Of a stretch of DNA of 64,000 nucleotides, positions 52,272-64,000 are shown in pieces. The notes under the pieces are model-generated. The model was given only the letters and a program-made list of their open reading frames with translations, was not told the origin of the DNA and did no database searches. The stretch lies in the IMG/VR virus record IMGVR_UViG_3300032829_000007; one strand, written 5' to 3'. The stretch is from an uncultured virus (IMG/VR IMGVR_UViG_3300032829_000007) (taxonomy: Duplodnaviria; Heunggongvirae; Uroviricota; Caudoviricetes). Both the position numbers and the translations under genes were made by a program. The first letter of the stretch is position 1; each line of letters opens with the position of its first letter.

Positions 52272-52865
52272 TCATATAATTATATTTATTTGTTTTTTTA
52301 TTTTAGTATAAAATTCTCCATTATTATTCATCCAGATATAAGGATTATTTGAGTTTTCTTTCCATTTATATTTAGAATAAAATTCTGGTTTTTTTCTTAA
52401 AAGATTAGATCTATGACTAGCATGAAAATTTTCATTGCCTAACCATTTCGGTAAAATATTTCCTGTATTCATTTTATAAAAAAATTTAGAAGTTGATAAA
52501 ATACGAATAAAAACATTATCTTCTATATCATATGGTTTAGAATATGGGCCAATAAAAATTGTCCATTTACAATCAGTAAAAAATGGTAATTTAGTATTTA
52601 TTTCGTGTTCATTTTTACAATGAAATAAAAATATATTGTAATAATGTTTTAAGAGTTCTTCATATCCTTTCCACATTTGTGTAATTGGATAATTTAATCT
52701 TTTTCTAAAAATATAATCTTTGGATAATTTCCAATTTTCTGGTAAATTTTCTGCATGTAAATTACATAAAAGTTGTTTAGCTTCAACAACTTGTTTCCAA
52801 CATCTTTTTTTATCTAAAATTTTAGCAGATGTTTTAAAATCTGAATCAGGCAAAAAAGTTTGCAT
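52272..52865 (-). CDS. Pyrimidine-dimer glycosylase/DenV-like protein (MSMEG_6728 type)
   Basis: MQTFLP..SAKILDKKR..KQVVE..MWKGYE..PKWLG..HASHRSNLLRK..Y.W. Confidence 0.8.
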   Translation of the reverse strand: MQTFLPDSDFKTSAKILDKKRCWKQVVEAKQLLCNLHAENLPENWKLSKDYIFRKRLNYPITQMWKGYEELLKHYYNIFLFHCKNEHEINTKLPFFTDCKWTIFIGPYSKPYDIEDNVFIRILSTSKFFYKMNTGNILPKWLGNENFHASHRSNLLRKKPEFYSKYKWKENSNNPYIWMNNNGEFYTKIKKQINIII

Positions 52866-53933
52866 ATTAATCAAAAATTACATTAACACCTGCTGTGATA
52901 AAAAGTGAAACAACAAAATCAACAAAAATAATAATAAATATATTTTTTCTTATTTCATTAGCCCAATTAATAGGATCCCAAGAACCACTATTTATGGAAC
53001 AAATCAAATAAATTAAAATTGTTAAAAAAATAAAAATTTTAATATATGTTTTCATATTTTATTTGTTTTTTAGTTTTTAAAATTTACATAATTATTTAAT
53101 GTTTTTTCAAAATCTATTTCTTCTTTCATTTTAATATATTTTTGCAATTTTTAATTTTTTTGTAAATATAAATATTTATTTTAATATAATATGTAAAAAA
53201 AAATTAAATGTTATAATATATTATTAGATTTATCTAATTAAATTATCAATATCGTTAATATTTTTATTTAATCTAAATTCAGATGCAATATAAATTGAGT
53301 CAAACCATAAATTTAATTGTTCAATTGCATCATTTTCATTTTCAAAATAATATTTTTCTCCTTCTTCATTTCTAACAAAATTATTTTGAAAATAATCAAA
53401 TTCATCAAAATTCTGCATACATATAATATGCATTAAATTATCTCTACTTGATTTATATAGCCTATAATAAACCATTAAAGAATCCATTGGATCACCTGTT
53501 TTTAATTCCATAATTATAATTATTTTATATTTTTAAATTAAACAACAATTTTTATATTTTTTATTAGAACCACAAGGACATAAAATATTTCTTCCTATAT
53601 TTAATGGTAATGGTTCTTTAAATCCATAATTATTCCAAATTTTCTTTTACAATAGTATCAACAGGAGTTAAAACAGAATTTTTTAATTCATATTTTATTT
53701 CAATTTTAAAATTTTTAGGATGTTTATAAAAATTTTCAGCCCCAATATTTATAAATATTTTTTCAAAAAATATTAATGTTCCTAAATAAATAAAAAAACA
53801 TCCTAATATTTTAAAAAATGTTTTTTCATTATTTTCTTTTAAAAAAATAAAAAGTACCCCAATTAAAAATAAAAACATTCCAATTATTCTAATAAATATT
53901 TCCATAATTATTTATTTTTAAGTTATTTTATTA

Positions 53934-54305
53934 TTAATACATTATTAATACATTATTAAAATGTAATCCTAGTATTGTTTCGTAATTTTTAAATAATTTT
54001 ATCATATCTTCATCATCTTCTTCAAAATATACTGTAAATGTTATATTATCCAATGATGATAATGCTTTAATTATTTTATAAATTATTTTAGAAGAATTTG
54101 TATTTAAAAAATCAAGTTTAAATATAACATCAGTCTCTTCTTTAGGATTTTTTAAATAATCATATATCCATTCTTCAATATCTTTAAAAAATTCACCAGG
54201 ATGTTCAACAAAACATCTTCCTTCAAATCTCAATTCTCCTTCATCATATTTAAAATCTATTAAAGGAGTAGAAGTAGTAGCAAAAATTTTTAAATTTTTC
54301 ATCAT
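53934..54305 (-). CDS. SiaC/DUF1987-like protein
   Basis: ATTSTPLIDF..GELRFEGR..E..FF..W..Y..FKLDFLNTNSSK..EEDDEDM. Confidence 0.75.
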   Translation of the reverse strand: MMKNLKIFATTSTPLIDFKYDEGELRFEGRCFVEHPGEFFKDIEEWIYDYLKNPKEETDVIFKLDFLNTNSSKIIYKIIKALSSLDNITFTVYFEEDDEDMIKLFKNYETILGLHFNNVLIMY

Positions 54306-54910
54306 AAATGATTATTAAATATTTTTAATATATAATACGAATATTATTAATAAAGGTTATATAATGATTTATATTATTTTTATAAAAAAATTCTTAAAAT
54401 ATATTTTCATAATATTGTTTATTTTTTATTATTTAAATCATTTTTAATAAATTCCTTAAATAAATTTTCAGAAACTTTTTTAATTTTATTAATTAATTCT
54501 TCAAGAGTCTCAGCATATACATATTCAATTCTACAATGTCCGTTATTAACACTCCAACTAATAGGATTATTATTATCATATCTAAATTTATCACAAACAG
54601 GAATATGTATTTTAGCTAATAAACCTAATTTATCATAATCTATAAATAATCGTAATATTTCATCACTACTCCAATAATCATTATATTCAGATTTTGTTAA
54701 AGTTAAACCAGGAAAAATCTTTTTAAAATCATCATATGAAAAATTATCTAATAATTCTTTTAATGAAGTTTTATCCATTGAACCAGCTATCCAATACAAT
54801 TCTTCAATATATGCACCATTCATTTGTTCAAATCTTTCTAAAAATTTATTATGTATCATATTGCTAATTTTTACTTATTTTACGAAAAATTTTAAATTAT
54901 GTTATAATAT

Positions 54911-55765
54911 TTAATTATTAATAGGCAAAACTAAATTGTTATCTTCAGATTCTAATCCCCATTTAGTTTCAATTCTTATTATATCTCCTCTGCAATATTG
55001 AAAAACTATAGGATCTTTAGGTATTTCTATTTTAAAAAATCCTAAGCCATTTTCTTTTAAATCTTTTAAATTAAAATGAGATTTAGGTGCAGCAATAAAA
55101 TAACCCGTTCTATTAATTTTTTCAATTTTTATATCTTCATCAGATATATATACTTCTTTTGACGTATTATATAAATTTTCTAAATATCTTTCAAACTCAA
55201 ATTTATTTACAAAAATTTTATTTGTTATTATAGGATTTTCCCAATTTTTAGTTTCTTTAGGAATAATATATTCATTTTTATATTTTTTATTATACCAATT
55301 ATATACTTTATAATATACTCTTGTAATAAAATCTTGTTTATCACAATCTAATAATTTTTTTCCATTTTCAATATCCTGAAGATTTTTTTCAGGAACAGAT
55401 TTTTTATATTTATTAACTGGTGCATAAACTAATTTATATTTCTTACATATCCTGTCTAATTCATCTATTGTTAAAAATTTATGAAAAGGATATGTTTTAC
55501 TATAATATTCTAAAAGTTCTGCTTGTTGCTCACTTTTTATAATTATATTTTTATTATTTTCTAAAACTTTTTTAATAGTTTCAGCTTTTTTTACTTCTTC
55601 AGATTCTTTAAATCCTATTTTTTCTAATCTCTCAGCTTTAGAAATAATTAATTTATCTTTGTCAATAATATTTAATGATATATTATTAATAAGTTCTCTG
55701 GCCTCAAATAATAAACGTTCTTGTGCTGTATCAATTTCATTGTGAATTTTTTCTACTGTTGTCAT
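54911..55765 (-). CDS. Conserved phage hypothetical protein
   Basis: 284-aa ORF ending IPKDPIVFQY..TKWGLE; AAC-N16-CGT motif immediately 3'. Confidence 0.65.
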   Translation of the reverse strand: MTTVEKIHNEIDTAQERLLFEARELINNISLNIIDKDKLIISKAERLEKIGFKESEEVKKAETIKKVLENNKNIIIKSEQQAELLEYYSKTYPFHKFLTIDELDRICKKYKLVYAPVNKYKKSVPEKNLQDIENGKKLLDCDKQDFITRVYYKVYNWYNKKYKNEYIIPKETKNWENPIITNKIFVNKFEFERYLENLYNTSKEVYISDEDIKIEKINRTGYFIAAPKSHFNLKDLKENGLGFFKIEIPKDPIVFQYCRGDIIRIETKWGLESEDNNLVLPINN

Positions 55766-58650
55766 AATATATAATTTTTTAAATTTTTAGAATTAGTATA
55801 AATAAGACTTTTATTTCACGATATTATTATAATTTATAAATTTTTATTATTTTTTATAAATATTATTTATCTTTTTAATTATTTTTTCAAAATAATACAT
55901 ATCTCTATGTTTATTATCATAAGGATTATCAAATAATAAAATTAAAAATGCTAAAGTATTTAAAACAGGACAAATATTTACAAATATATCTAAAAAATCC
56001 ACATTACTATTTTCAAATATACCATATTTAGAATAAGTTTTTTTTAAATGCCAATATACAAAATAAAAACTTATTAAATAAATTATTATTATTGCTATTA
56101 CTATAATTAATATTTTCATAATTATTTTATTTTTTATAAATTAAATTATATTATTTTCTAATTCTTCTTTTACTAATTCTATAATTTCTTCATTTGTATA
56201 AGAATAAGTATTAAAATAATCAGATAATATATTATATAATGATATATTATTTTTTAAATATAGAATAATATCATAACTATTTATTAATTTTAAAAATTTT
56301 TCAGATTCTATTTTCATAATTATTTAATTTTAAATTATATTTCATTATTTTCTAATTCATTTTTAACTAAATTTAATAATTCTTCATTACTATTTTTATT
56401 ATCTATTCCATCAAAATAAAACCATAATATATCTTTTAATGAACAATTACCATTATTTTTTAAATAATAAATAATATCACTATCATCAATATGTTCTAAA
56501 ATATTTTTAGGATTTACTTTTACTTTAATACTAATTTTTTCCATAATTTTATATTTATTATTTTAAATTATTAATATCATAATTATTATACCATTCAATA
56601 AATTTTACAACAGCTAACCAAACAGCATTAATCTTAGAATTAGAAGATTTATGTACATATCCATCTAATCCATTTGTATTTTCTCCAATATTTATTGTAC
56701 AAGTATTTCTAACAATCTCTACTGAAAAATTATAACTTAACCACCTAGGATGTTTTAAATTTTCAATTTTTTCAACAACTAACATTAACCAATTCCAAGA
56801 TAAATGAAATTTAAAAAATTCTTCAGGTATTTCTTCATCATAAAGATACATTAAATCTATATCATAATCAAAAAAATAATCAGAACGTTCTATTTCCATA
56901 TCATATTCAACTGGATCTAAATAATGATTACATTGTACCCAATTAATTTTTAAACCAACAAAATCAGCTATTAATTTATTGCCTTTAATTATATCTTCTT
57001 CATCAGTTATATTATTCATATTATATATTATTAGCTAATTTAATTAATTCATCTGCTCTATCTTTTAATTCCTGTGCTATCTTTAATAATTCATCTTTAT
57101 TAAATTCTTTTGAAGGTAATTCTTTTGCATGTTTAAAACATTCCCAAGAATATTTATTTCCTTTTTTAAATTCTTTTCCATCATCAATATTTAAACTAAT
57201 AAAAGGATAATATGTATTATCTGGTAAAATAGTTAATATTAAATTTTCTTTGGCATTTTCTTCTTCATCATCCCAAACTAACATCTTTCTTGGTAATGGC
57301 TTAGGAAGATCATCAAGTTTAACTTCTTCAAAATTATCAGGTAAATTACTTGAACAAATTATGTTAGGAAAATAATAATCTCCAACACAATCTCCTATTA
57401 AATCTTCATTTACATATCCAATACTTTCAAAATATTTTAATATTTCTTTTCCATGTTCTTTTGAAAGACATTTTATTGCTATTTTTTTCATAATATATGA
57501 TTTTTATTTATTATCTTTTTAATTTTATCTATATAATTTATAAGCTAAATATTCAAAAAAATATTTTATATAATTTATTATTTTTTTTCTTTTATTAAAT
57601 TCATTTTTATATGGTGAAAAAAATAAAAAAAGTATAATCATTGTTATAGTGTTTATTATTGGACAAAAATTAATTATTAAATCTAAAATTACTGGTTTAT
57701 TATTACTAAATATTCCAATTGAAGAATAAATCTTTTTTATAAAATCATATATAAACCATATACTTAATATATATGCAATAATACTTATTATTATTATTAA
57801 ATTAAATTTTTTTATTTATTATTAATTTTTCAAATGTTAATACAGTAAATTTCCTAACACTACATGCAACAATTTTTGATTTCCATCCACAATCCATAAC
57901 AATACACGCAGGAACAGATGTTGCATTTATATTCCCAATTTCTTTTCTATTCATATATAAATCAATATATGCTAAATTTCCTTTATATGATTCTATTTCA
58001 CAATTTACTGTATCTTTATCACCATTATTATATACAATAGCAAGTTTCCACTTATACACATAATCAGGTGAATATTTTATACATGAATTAAATAATACTA
58101 TTAATATAAAAATAATATTTATTATTAATATTTTTGCTTTCATAATTTTTAAAATTTGTTTTTTATATAATACGTAATATAATAAAATTTGTTATATTAT
58201 TTTATATTTTTCTTTATTTGAATTTTTTTATTTATTAACATAATATGCCATTGTTCAGCAGAAAATTCCATAAATTTAAACGCTAAATCTCTTAATTCTT
58301 TATTTTTTTGTATTTTATATACCTCTGCTATAAATCTTGAATGTAAATCTATATAGCCTTCCTCTATCTTATCCACTTCTTCTATAGTTTCAGCTTCTTT
58401 AATCTGATCCCTTAATACTCCAATTAAATCCCCTATTGTTTCTACTGTCATAATAATATTTATAAATTTTTATAATTTTAAGTTTTTTAAATTCTAAAAA
58501 ATTTCCAAAAAAATTTTTGGCATATTAAAGTTTTTGTTTAATTGATATTTTTTATGTAATTTATTTATAATATTTTATAAAAATTTATAAAATTAAAATT
58601 TATAAATTTAAAATTTTCTAAAAAAAATAATTACTAAATATTTTCTCTAT

Positions 58651-58718
58651 GTAGTCCCGCCCCCTATATAGCCTACCCCTCCCCCCGTACCTACCACTCA
58701 GGGATACGGTTCTCTGTG
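58651..58718. other. C-rich (minus-strand G-tract) island at a divergent strand switch
   Basis: CCCGCCCCCTATATAGCCTACCCCTCCCCCC in an otherwise very AT-rich sequence. Confidence 0.6.
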
Positions 58719-59921
58719 TTCTGTATATCAAAGGTTTACAGAGCTTCAATATTAAACAAGTGTTTAAATTTTATGTTATTATTATGTTTCATATTAATAA
58801 AACAATGCACCTCCTTTTTAAGGATTAAAAACTTTTTACAATATATAATACGCAAAGATAGAATAAAGGTTTCAAAAAAACAAAAAATTTTTATAAAATA
58901 TTTTATAATAGTATTAATTTTTTTTATCATATATTTGTAACAAAAAATTTATTATTGCGTATACGAATATAACAAACAACAAATATTATGATTATGGAAA
59001 ATTTCTACACAAAATCAGAAATAGCCAGAATGATAATAAATCAATATCCTTTAACAGAGAAGGAAAATAATAATTTAATAGATACATTAGTTAAGGATAT
59101 TGTAAGTTATGATGAAACTTCGTTTAAAGATGAAATAGTAAAGGCAGGTATTAACTGCGAAAATTTTGGTTATAATAGATATTTTATAAAGTTATAATTT
59201 TTTAACTTAAAACAAATAATATTATGGAAACAACAAATATTATAAATATTAATAAACCATGTTCCAATAAACTGGAAACTATGGTTAAAAAAAATTATCA
59301 AAAAACTTTATTGTTTGGAGAATATAAATGCATAAATAGCTATCCTGTTAAAAGTTTAAAAGATTCTAAATTTTTGGGTAAGATTAATTTTATTTCTTCA
59401 ATAATGGACATTATTGTTATTAATCAATAAATAGTATATTTTATGAAAGATTTAATAAATAATGTTTCCTTATCTGATGCAAAAAAATTAATTAAATGGT
59501 GGAATGCTAACACAGAATTTTATCATTTTTTAGATAAGGAAGGAAAAAGATTTAAAGTATTAAGACAATTATAAAAATTTTAAACTAACAATATATCTTA
59601 TGAAAAAATCGCATAAAAATTCAGAATTTTTAAATGAAGTAATAGAAAACTATCCTAACATAGAAATTATTGATTATAATAGTGATAGTGTTTTAGGATA
59701 TAATAAGAAAACAAATAAAGTATATTATATTTACAAAGTAAATGAAGATATGAGTTTTTGTTTTCATTTATTTTGTGAAATTGGACAATGTTATCAACCT
59801 TGGTTTAAATATGCTTTAAAACAAAATGGTTATAAAGTAGAAACCAGAGATACCAAAGAAGATTATTTTGAAGTATTATTACCAATAGAATAAAATTTTT
59901 ATTAACTAATAAACAAATATT

Positions 59922-60473
59922 ATGAACAATGTATTATTTTTAAATTTCAATGAAATTTACAATAAGTATTACAATGATGTTTTTAATCTCATTAAGTTTA
60001 AGATTAACAATAAAGTTGAGGTTGCTGAGGAATTAACCAATGATGTTTTTCTCCGGGTTTCCAAACATTTAAATGATTTTGACTCTAGTAAGAGCAAATT
60101 AACAACATGGATTTTTACAATAGCTAATAATATTGTTATTGATTATTATAGAAATAATTCAATACAAATAAAAGCGGTTAGTAGTGATCTTATAAAAGGT
60201 TTGGACATTGTTAATAATAATCATAACGATAATGTTATGAGTGTTATTAATAGTGAAGAAATTAAGAAAAATGTTAATATTGCTATTAACAGGCTTAGTG
60301 GAGTTTATAAAATTATTGCTAAACAATATTTTTTAAACGAATTAAGCTATGAGGAAATTTCTGAACAGAATGAAATTCCTTTAGGCAGTATTAAAGCCTA
60401 TATTCATCGAATAAGAGAAATATTAAAAGAAAATTTAACCAGTATCAATATACATATATTGGTAGAAAATTAA
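59922..60473 (+). CDS. ECF-type RNA polymerase sigma factor
   Basis: AEELTNDVFLRV..TTWIFTIANNIVIDYYR (region 2); LSYEEISE..IPLGSIKAYIHRIR (region 4). Confidence 0.9.
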   Translation: MNNVLFLNFNEIYNKYYNDVFNLIKFKINNKVEVAEELTNDVFLRVSKHLNDFDSSKSKLTTWIFTIANNIVIDYYRNNSIQIKAVSSDLIKGLDIVNNNHNDNVMSVINSEEIKKNVNIAINRLSGVYKIIAKQYFLNELSYEEISEQNEIPLGSIKAYIHRIREILKENLTSINIHILVEN

Positions 60474-61242
60474 AACAGTATAACATTATTATTAACTTAA
60501 ATAAAATTTATTATTATGAAAACTCTGAAAAGGGAAATTTACCATTTTAATGGTAAGGATTATGAAAATTTTGATTATGTTGAATTAACATTTTTAATTC
60601 AAAGAGTATCAATTCAAAATTTTATTAACATTGTTAAAAATCAAATTAATGCATGGATTGATAAAATAGATTCAAATTTTATTGAAGATTTTCACCCCAC
60701 TAATGTTGACAATAATATGAAAAAAATTATTGTCAAAGCTTCTGCATTTGCAATGTATGAAATTGTTAAAAAACTCGGAAAACAAGATTATTCTGAAGTT
60801 TTAAATAATTGGTATATTCGAAACCATGAATTAAGAGCTTATGATTATTTTTCTGTTAAAAATAGATATAAAAAATCTTTATTTAATGGAAAAATAAAAT
60901 ATCATTATGATTATAAAGGTACTGTGATTTTTAAAAAGATTAAAGACAAAATCATTATAAGTATTCCAGTTTCTTCATTTCGTAGTCCTTTAATTAGTTT
61001 AGATTAATAAAAATAATATCTATTATAATTTAAAGGTTATAGAGTTTTTCTGTAACCTTTTTTTATTTATTACGTATACGAAAGTAATAAAGCAAATAAT
61101 CATTATTATGAATACAATCGAAGTAATAAAAAATTATTTTAAAATTACAATAGACAATAAAGTAATTTATACAAAGAGTTTAGATAGTGTAAATTATTTT
61201 CAGGATAAATATAATTTGATTTTAATTGATTAAATCATTATT

Positions 61243-61668
61243 ATGAATGAATTTGCAGCATATAAGGAATTTTTTGAAATTTACGATAGTTTATTAAAAT
61301 TCTATTGTAAAATTTTAAATAATATCACTGGTGGAAATCCAAATATTGAAACCTATGATTTTGCTGTTAATGAAATTTGTTCAAATATTGATGAACATAA
61401 CGGGAAAACTCTAGGCAGAACAAATATAAATCAAAATAGAATATATTTTTCTCCTTCTCTCTTTAATTTATGGTTATTCGAAAAAACTTTTAAATCTGCC
61501 TATAAAAATGAAAGTGATATTTTATTAAATGGTAATGATGTTTTACTATATGTTGCTTGTCATGAATATGTACATTGTGTATATAAAATGAGAAATCATA
61601 CATTAGGCTTTAGAAATATAACAGTACAATTATTTAATGCTGTAAAATTATATATTCCAATAATATAA
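61243..61668 (+). CDS. SprT-like zinc metalloprotease domain protein
   Basis: LG..IYFS..YVACHEYVH..H..F. Confidence 0.6.
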   Translation: MNEFAAYKEFFEIYDSLLKFYCKILNNITGGNPNIETYDFAVNEICSNIDEHNGKTLGRTNINQNRIYFSPSLFNLWLFEKTFKSAYKNESDILLNGNDVLLYVACHEYVHCVYKMRNHTLGFRNITVQLFNAVKLYIPII

Positions 61669-62077
61669 AAAATTTTTAGTTATGCCAACCAATAATAACA
61701 TTAAACAAATAATAAGGTTAGAACATCCTAAAGATGGAATAGGAATATTTACTAATAGAGTAAAATTTAATTTATATAGTACTAAATTAGGTAATAAAAT
61801 TTTAAAGAGACATATTGATTTAATGGAAGATGCTAATGTAATTAATGGTTTTACATTTAATCATTATTGTGCCTATAAATCTATTATTGATTTAAATAAA
61901 TTTATAAAGCCTAGTGAATTAAAACATTTAATTAATAGAGATATTGTTATTTTACTTCTCGAAGTTAAAGATTTTATCGAAGGTGAAAACCAAATATTAT
62001 ACTTAAAAGAGGACATTGTTACAAGTAAAGATATTACAGAATTATTCAAATAAAAAATATCTTTCCCTTAGTTAATT

Positions 62078-62256
62078 AATCCTTATGAGATTTATATTTC
62101 ATAAGGATTTTTTATTTTTAATAAAATTTATTAATAATATTGAAACCTTTATTTAAATTTTTCGTATTATATGTAGCTTTTTTGATTTGAATAATTAATT
62201 AACTTTAACTTTAATTGTCTTATCCTTATTAGTTGTGAAAACTCATAAGGATTTTT
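62078..62256 (+). terminator. Two related ATCCTTAT/ATAAGGAT hairpins with T tracts
   Basis: Hairpins at about 62078-62112 and 62222-62256 flanking an AAC-N16-CGT motif. Confidence 0.6.
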
Positions 62257-64000
62257 TATTATAAATTTCCTATAGTAAATTTTTTGCTATATAAAATTAT
62301 TATATTTTCTTTTTAAAATTCCTTAAACTCAATAAACATAAATTCTTATTTTTAATATTATTAACTAAAAATTAAGTTTTACTTTCAATCTATAACTAAA
62401 ATATATCATTTTACTTTTTCACTTTTAAAAATCCCCTACAGAAATTTTTTTTGAACTTTCAATTTGAAAATTAATAAAATTTATGTTTTATAACATATAC
62501 TAAGGTGATAAATATAATACAATGATAATGAATACATTATAAAATATTTTTAAAAAACAATGATATTTGTCATTGTTTATGATTATAATTTTTTATAAAT
62601 TTGAATTTTGTAAATTGGCGAAATGGCTGATTATTATAGATGGTGGGACAACATTTTTAATAAAAACCCTTATTTTTTCTATATGTCCAAAAAAGGCCAA
62701 AATTTTCACCAAATAGGATAACAAATTTTCTAAAAATTTATTGTGATTATAAAAACATATCAATTTTGAATGTACAAAAAATATTGAAAATTTTTAAACC
62801 TTCTAAAAAGCCCGTCATTTCAGTACATTTAAAGGCAAAGTAAAATATTTTACAAAGTGATTTAAATAACAAAGTACTTTGAAATACAAAGTTATTAAAT
62901 ATCAGTATAATAAAAAATTTTAATATATAATGACAATATTTGTAACCTTTAATAAAATTCTACGTATATTAAGGTATAAAACAAACAACAAAATACAAAA
63001 ATTATGTTAACAGTAGAAATGATAAAATTCTCTTTAATGAGAATACATCCTGAATTATCTATTGATGAAATTGAAAAACTTGCAATAGATGAATTAAAAG
63101 ATATTTACGAAGAAAATTAACCTTTAACAATTATGAATAAAATAAAAACAGTTCTTTTGGAGGCCCATTATGAAAAAAATAATTATTCTGAATTATTTTT
63201 TGAATTACGAAAAAAAGCACATGAAAATTTAATAGAACATAAAGCAAAAACTGGTTCTTATCAAAAAAATTCTTATGATTTTCCAAATTTTATTAAAGCT
63301 TTAGATTGTCCCTCAACCTATAATTTACTTATGAAAAACAAAAAATATTTAGAAATTATATAACCTTATTTAATTATTTTCGTATACGATGATATAACAA
63401 ATAACTTTTATTATGAACATTTCTGATATTACCCTAGAAAATTTAAATAAGCTATATTCTTTTACTTTAACTGATGACAATATTAATATGGTTTCAAAGG
63501 AAAATGCAACCTTATTGAATATTGGTTTTGAGAGAAATGATAAAGATTTTGTTAATTATATTGGTAAGACTATTAAGGCAACGAAAAAAGAGATAACTTT
63601 AGATTATATTATTGAAAAGATTAATAAAGATAATGTTTATATTAATTTTTGTAATGATTTTAAGAAGTTACTTCCTGACGAATATAAAAACAGTATTAAC
63701 ATTTATCCTACTTCATACGGTATAGGAATTTTTGTTTTATTTAATTATAAAAATAGTACTGAAAGCATAAAATCAAATATTGAATCAATATTAAATAAAT
63801 ATGATATTGAGTATAAAAATGAATATTCTGATGCGATGTATGTTTTCAGGTATAAAATAAGTAAATCAAAGGAGAATATTGAAAAAATAAAAAATATAAT
63901 ATAATAACTAAATATTTTTCAATTATGGCAGAAATAACAATTAAGGAACAAATTAACAATTATGTTCAGGAAATACAACAGGCTTCAGATAATGAATGGA

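Noticed and set aside
58716..58940. ORFs 58716..58940 (+) and 58736..58930 (-)
   Set aside because: Low-complexity frames over a promoter-containing intergenic region
1..64000. Stop-codon reassignment
   Set aside because: Long conserved genes are intact in code 11, TAG and TGA end some genes, and no suppressor tRNA was found

Overview
Very AT-rich segment of a large (jumbo-type) dsDNA phage, standard genetic code. The host is probably a Bacteroidota, judged from TTTG-N20-TAnnTTTG promoters and a Bacteroidota-style NrdJ. Layout: virion/head-associated genes (0-9 kb); 17 minus-strand tRNA genes interleaved with free-standing endonucleases (9.4-14.7 kb); nucleotide and translation auxiliary genes including a class II ribonucleotide reductase with two inteins, GMP reductase, dNMP kinase, polynucleotide kinase, a GGQ peptidyl-tRNA hydrolase and a pyruvoyl arginine decarboxylase (15-50 kb); small minus-strand ORFs (50-58.5 kb); then a C-rich island at a strand switch followed by an ECF sigma factor. 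Most notable: (1) each of the two tRNA operons is preceded by a host-type promoter, a short leader ORF and alternative antiterminator/terminator hairpins, and the leader codons are those read by that operon's own tRNAs, suggesting tRNA-depletion-sensing attenuators; (2) four dispersed cas-less CRISPR-like mini-arrays (36-nt repeat resembling type VI-B repeats, 29-31-nt unique spacers) whose first repeat is the in-frame C-terminal coding sequence of a paralogous ~100-aa protein family; (3) three tandem covarying structured RNAs upstream of a 728-aa TerD-like protein; (4) at least 14 AAC-N16-CGT promoters matching a phage ECF sigma. All product calls come from motif recognition by eye; no searches were run.
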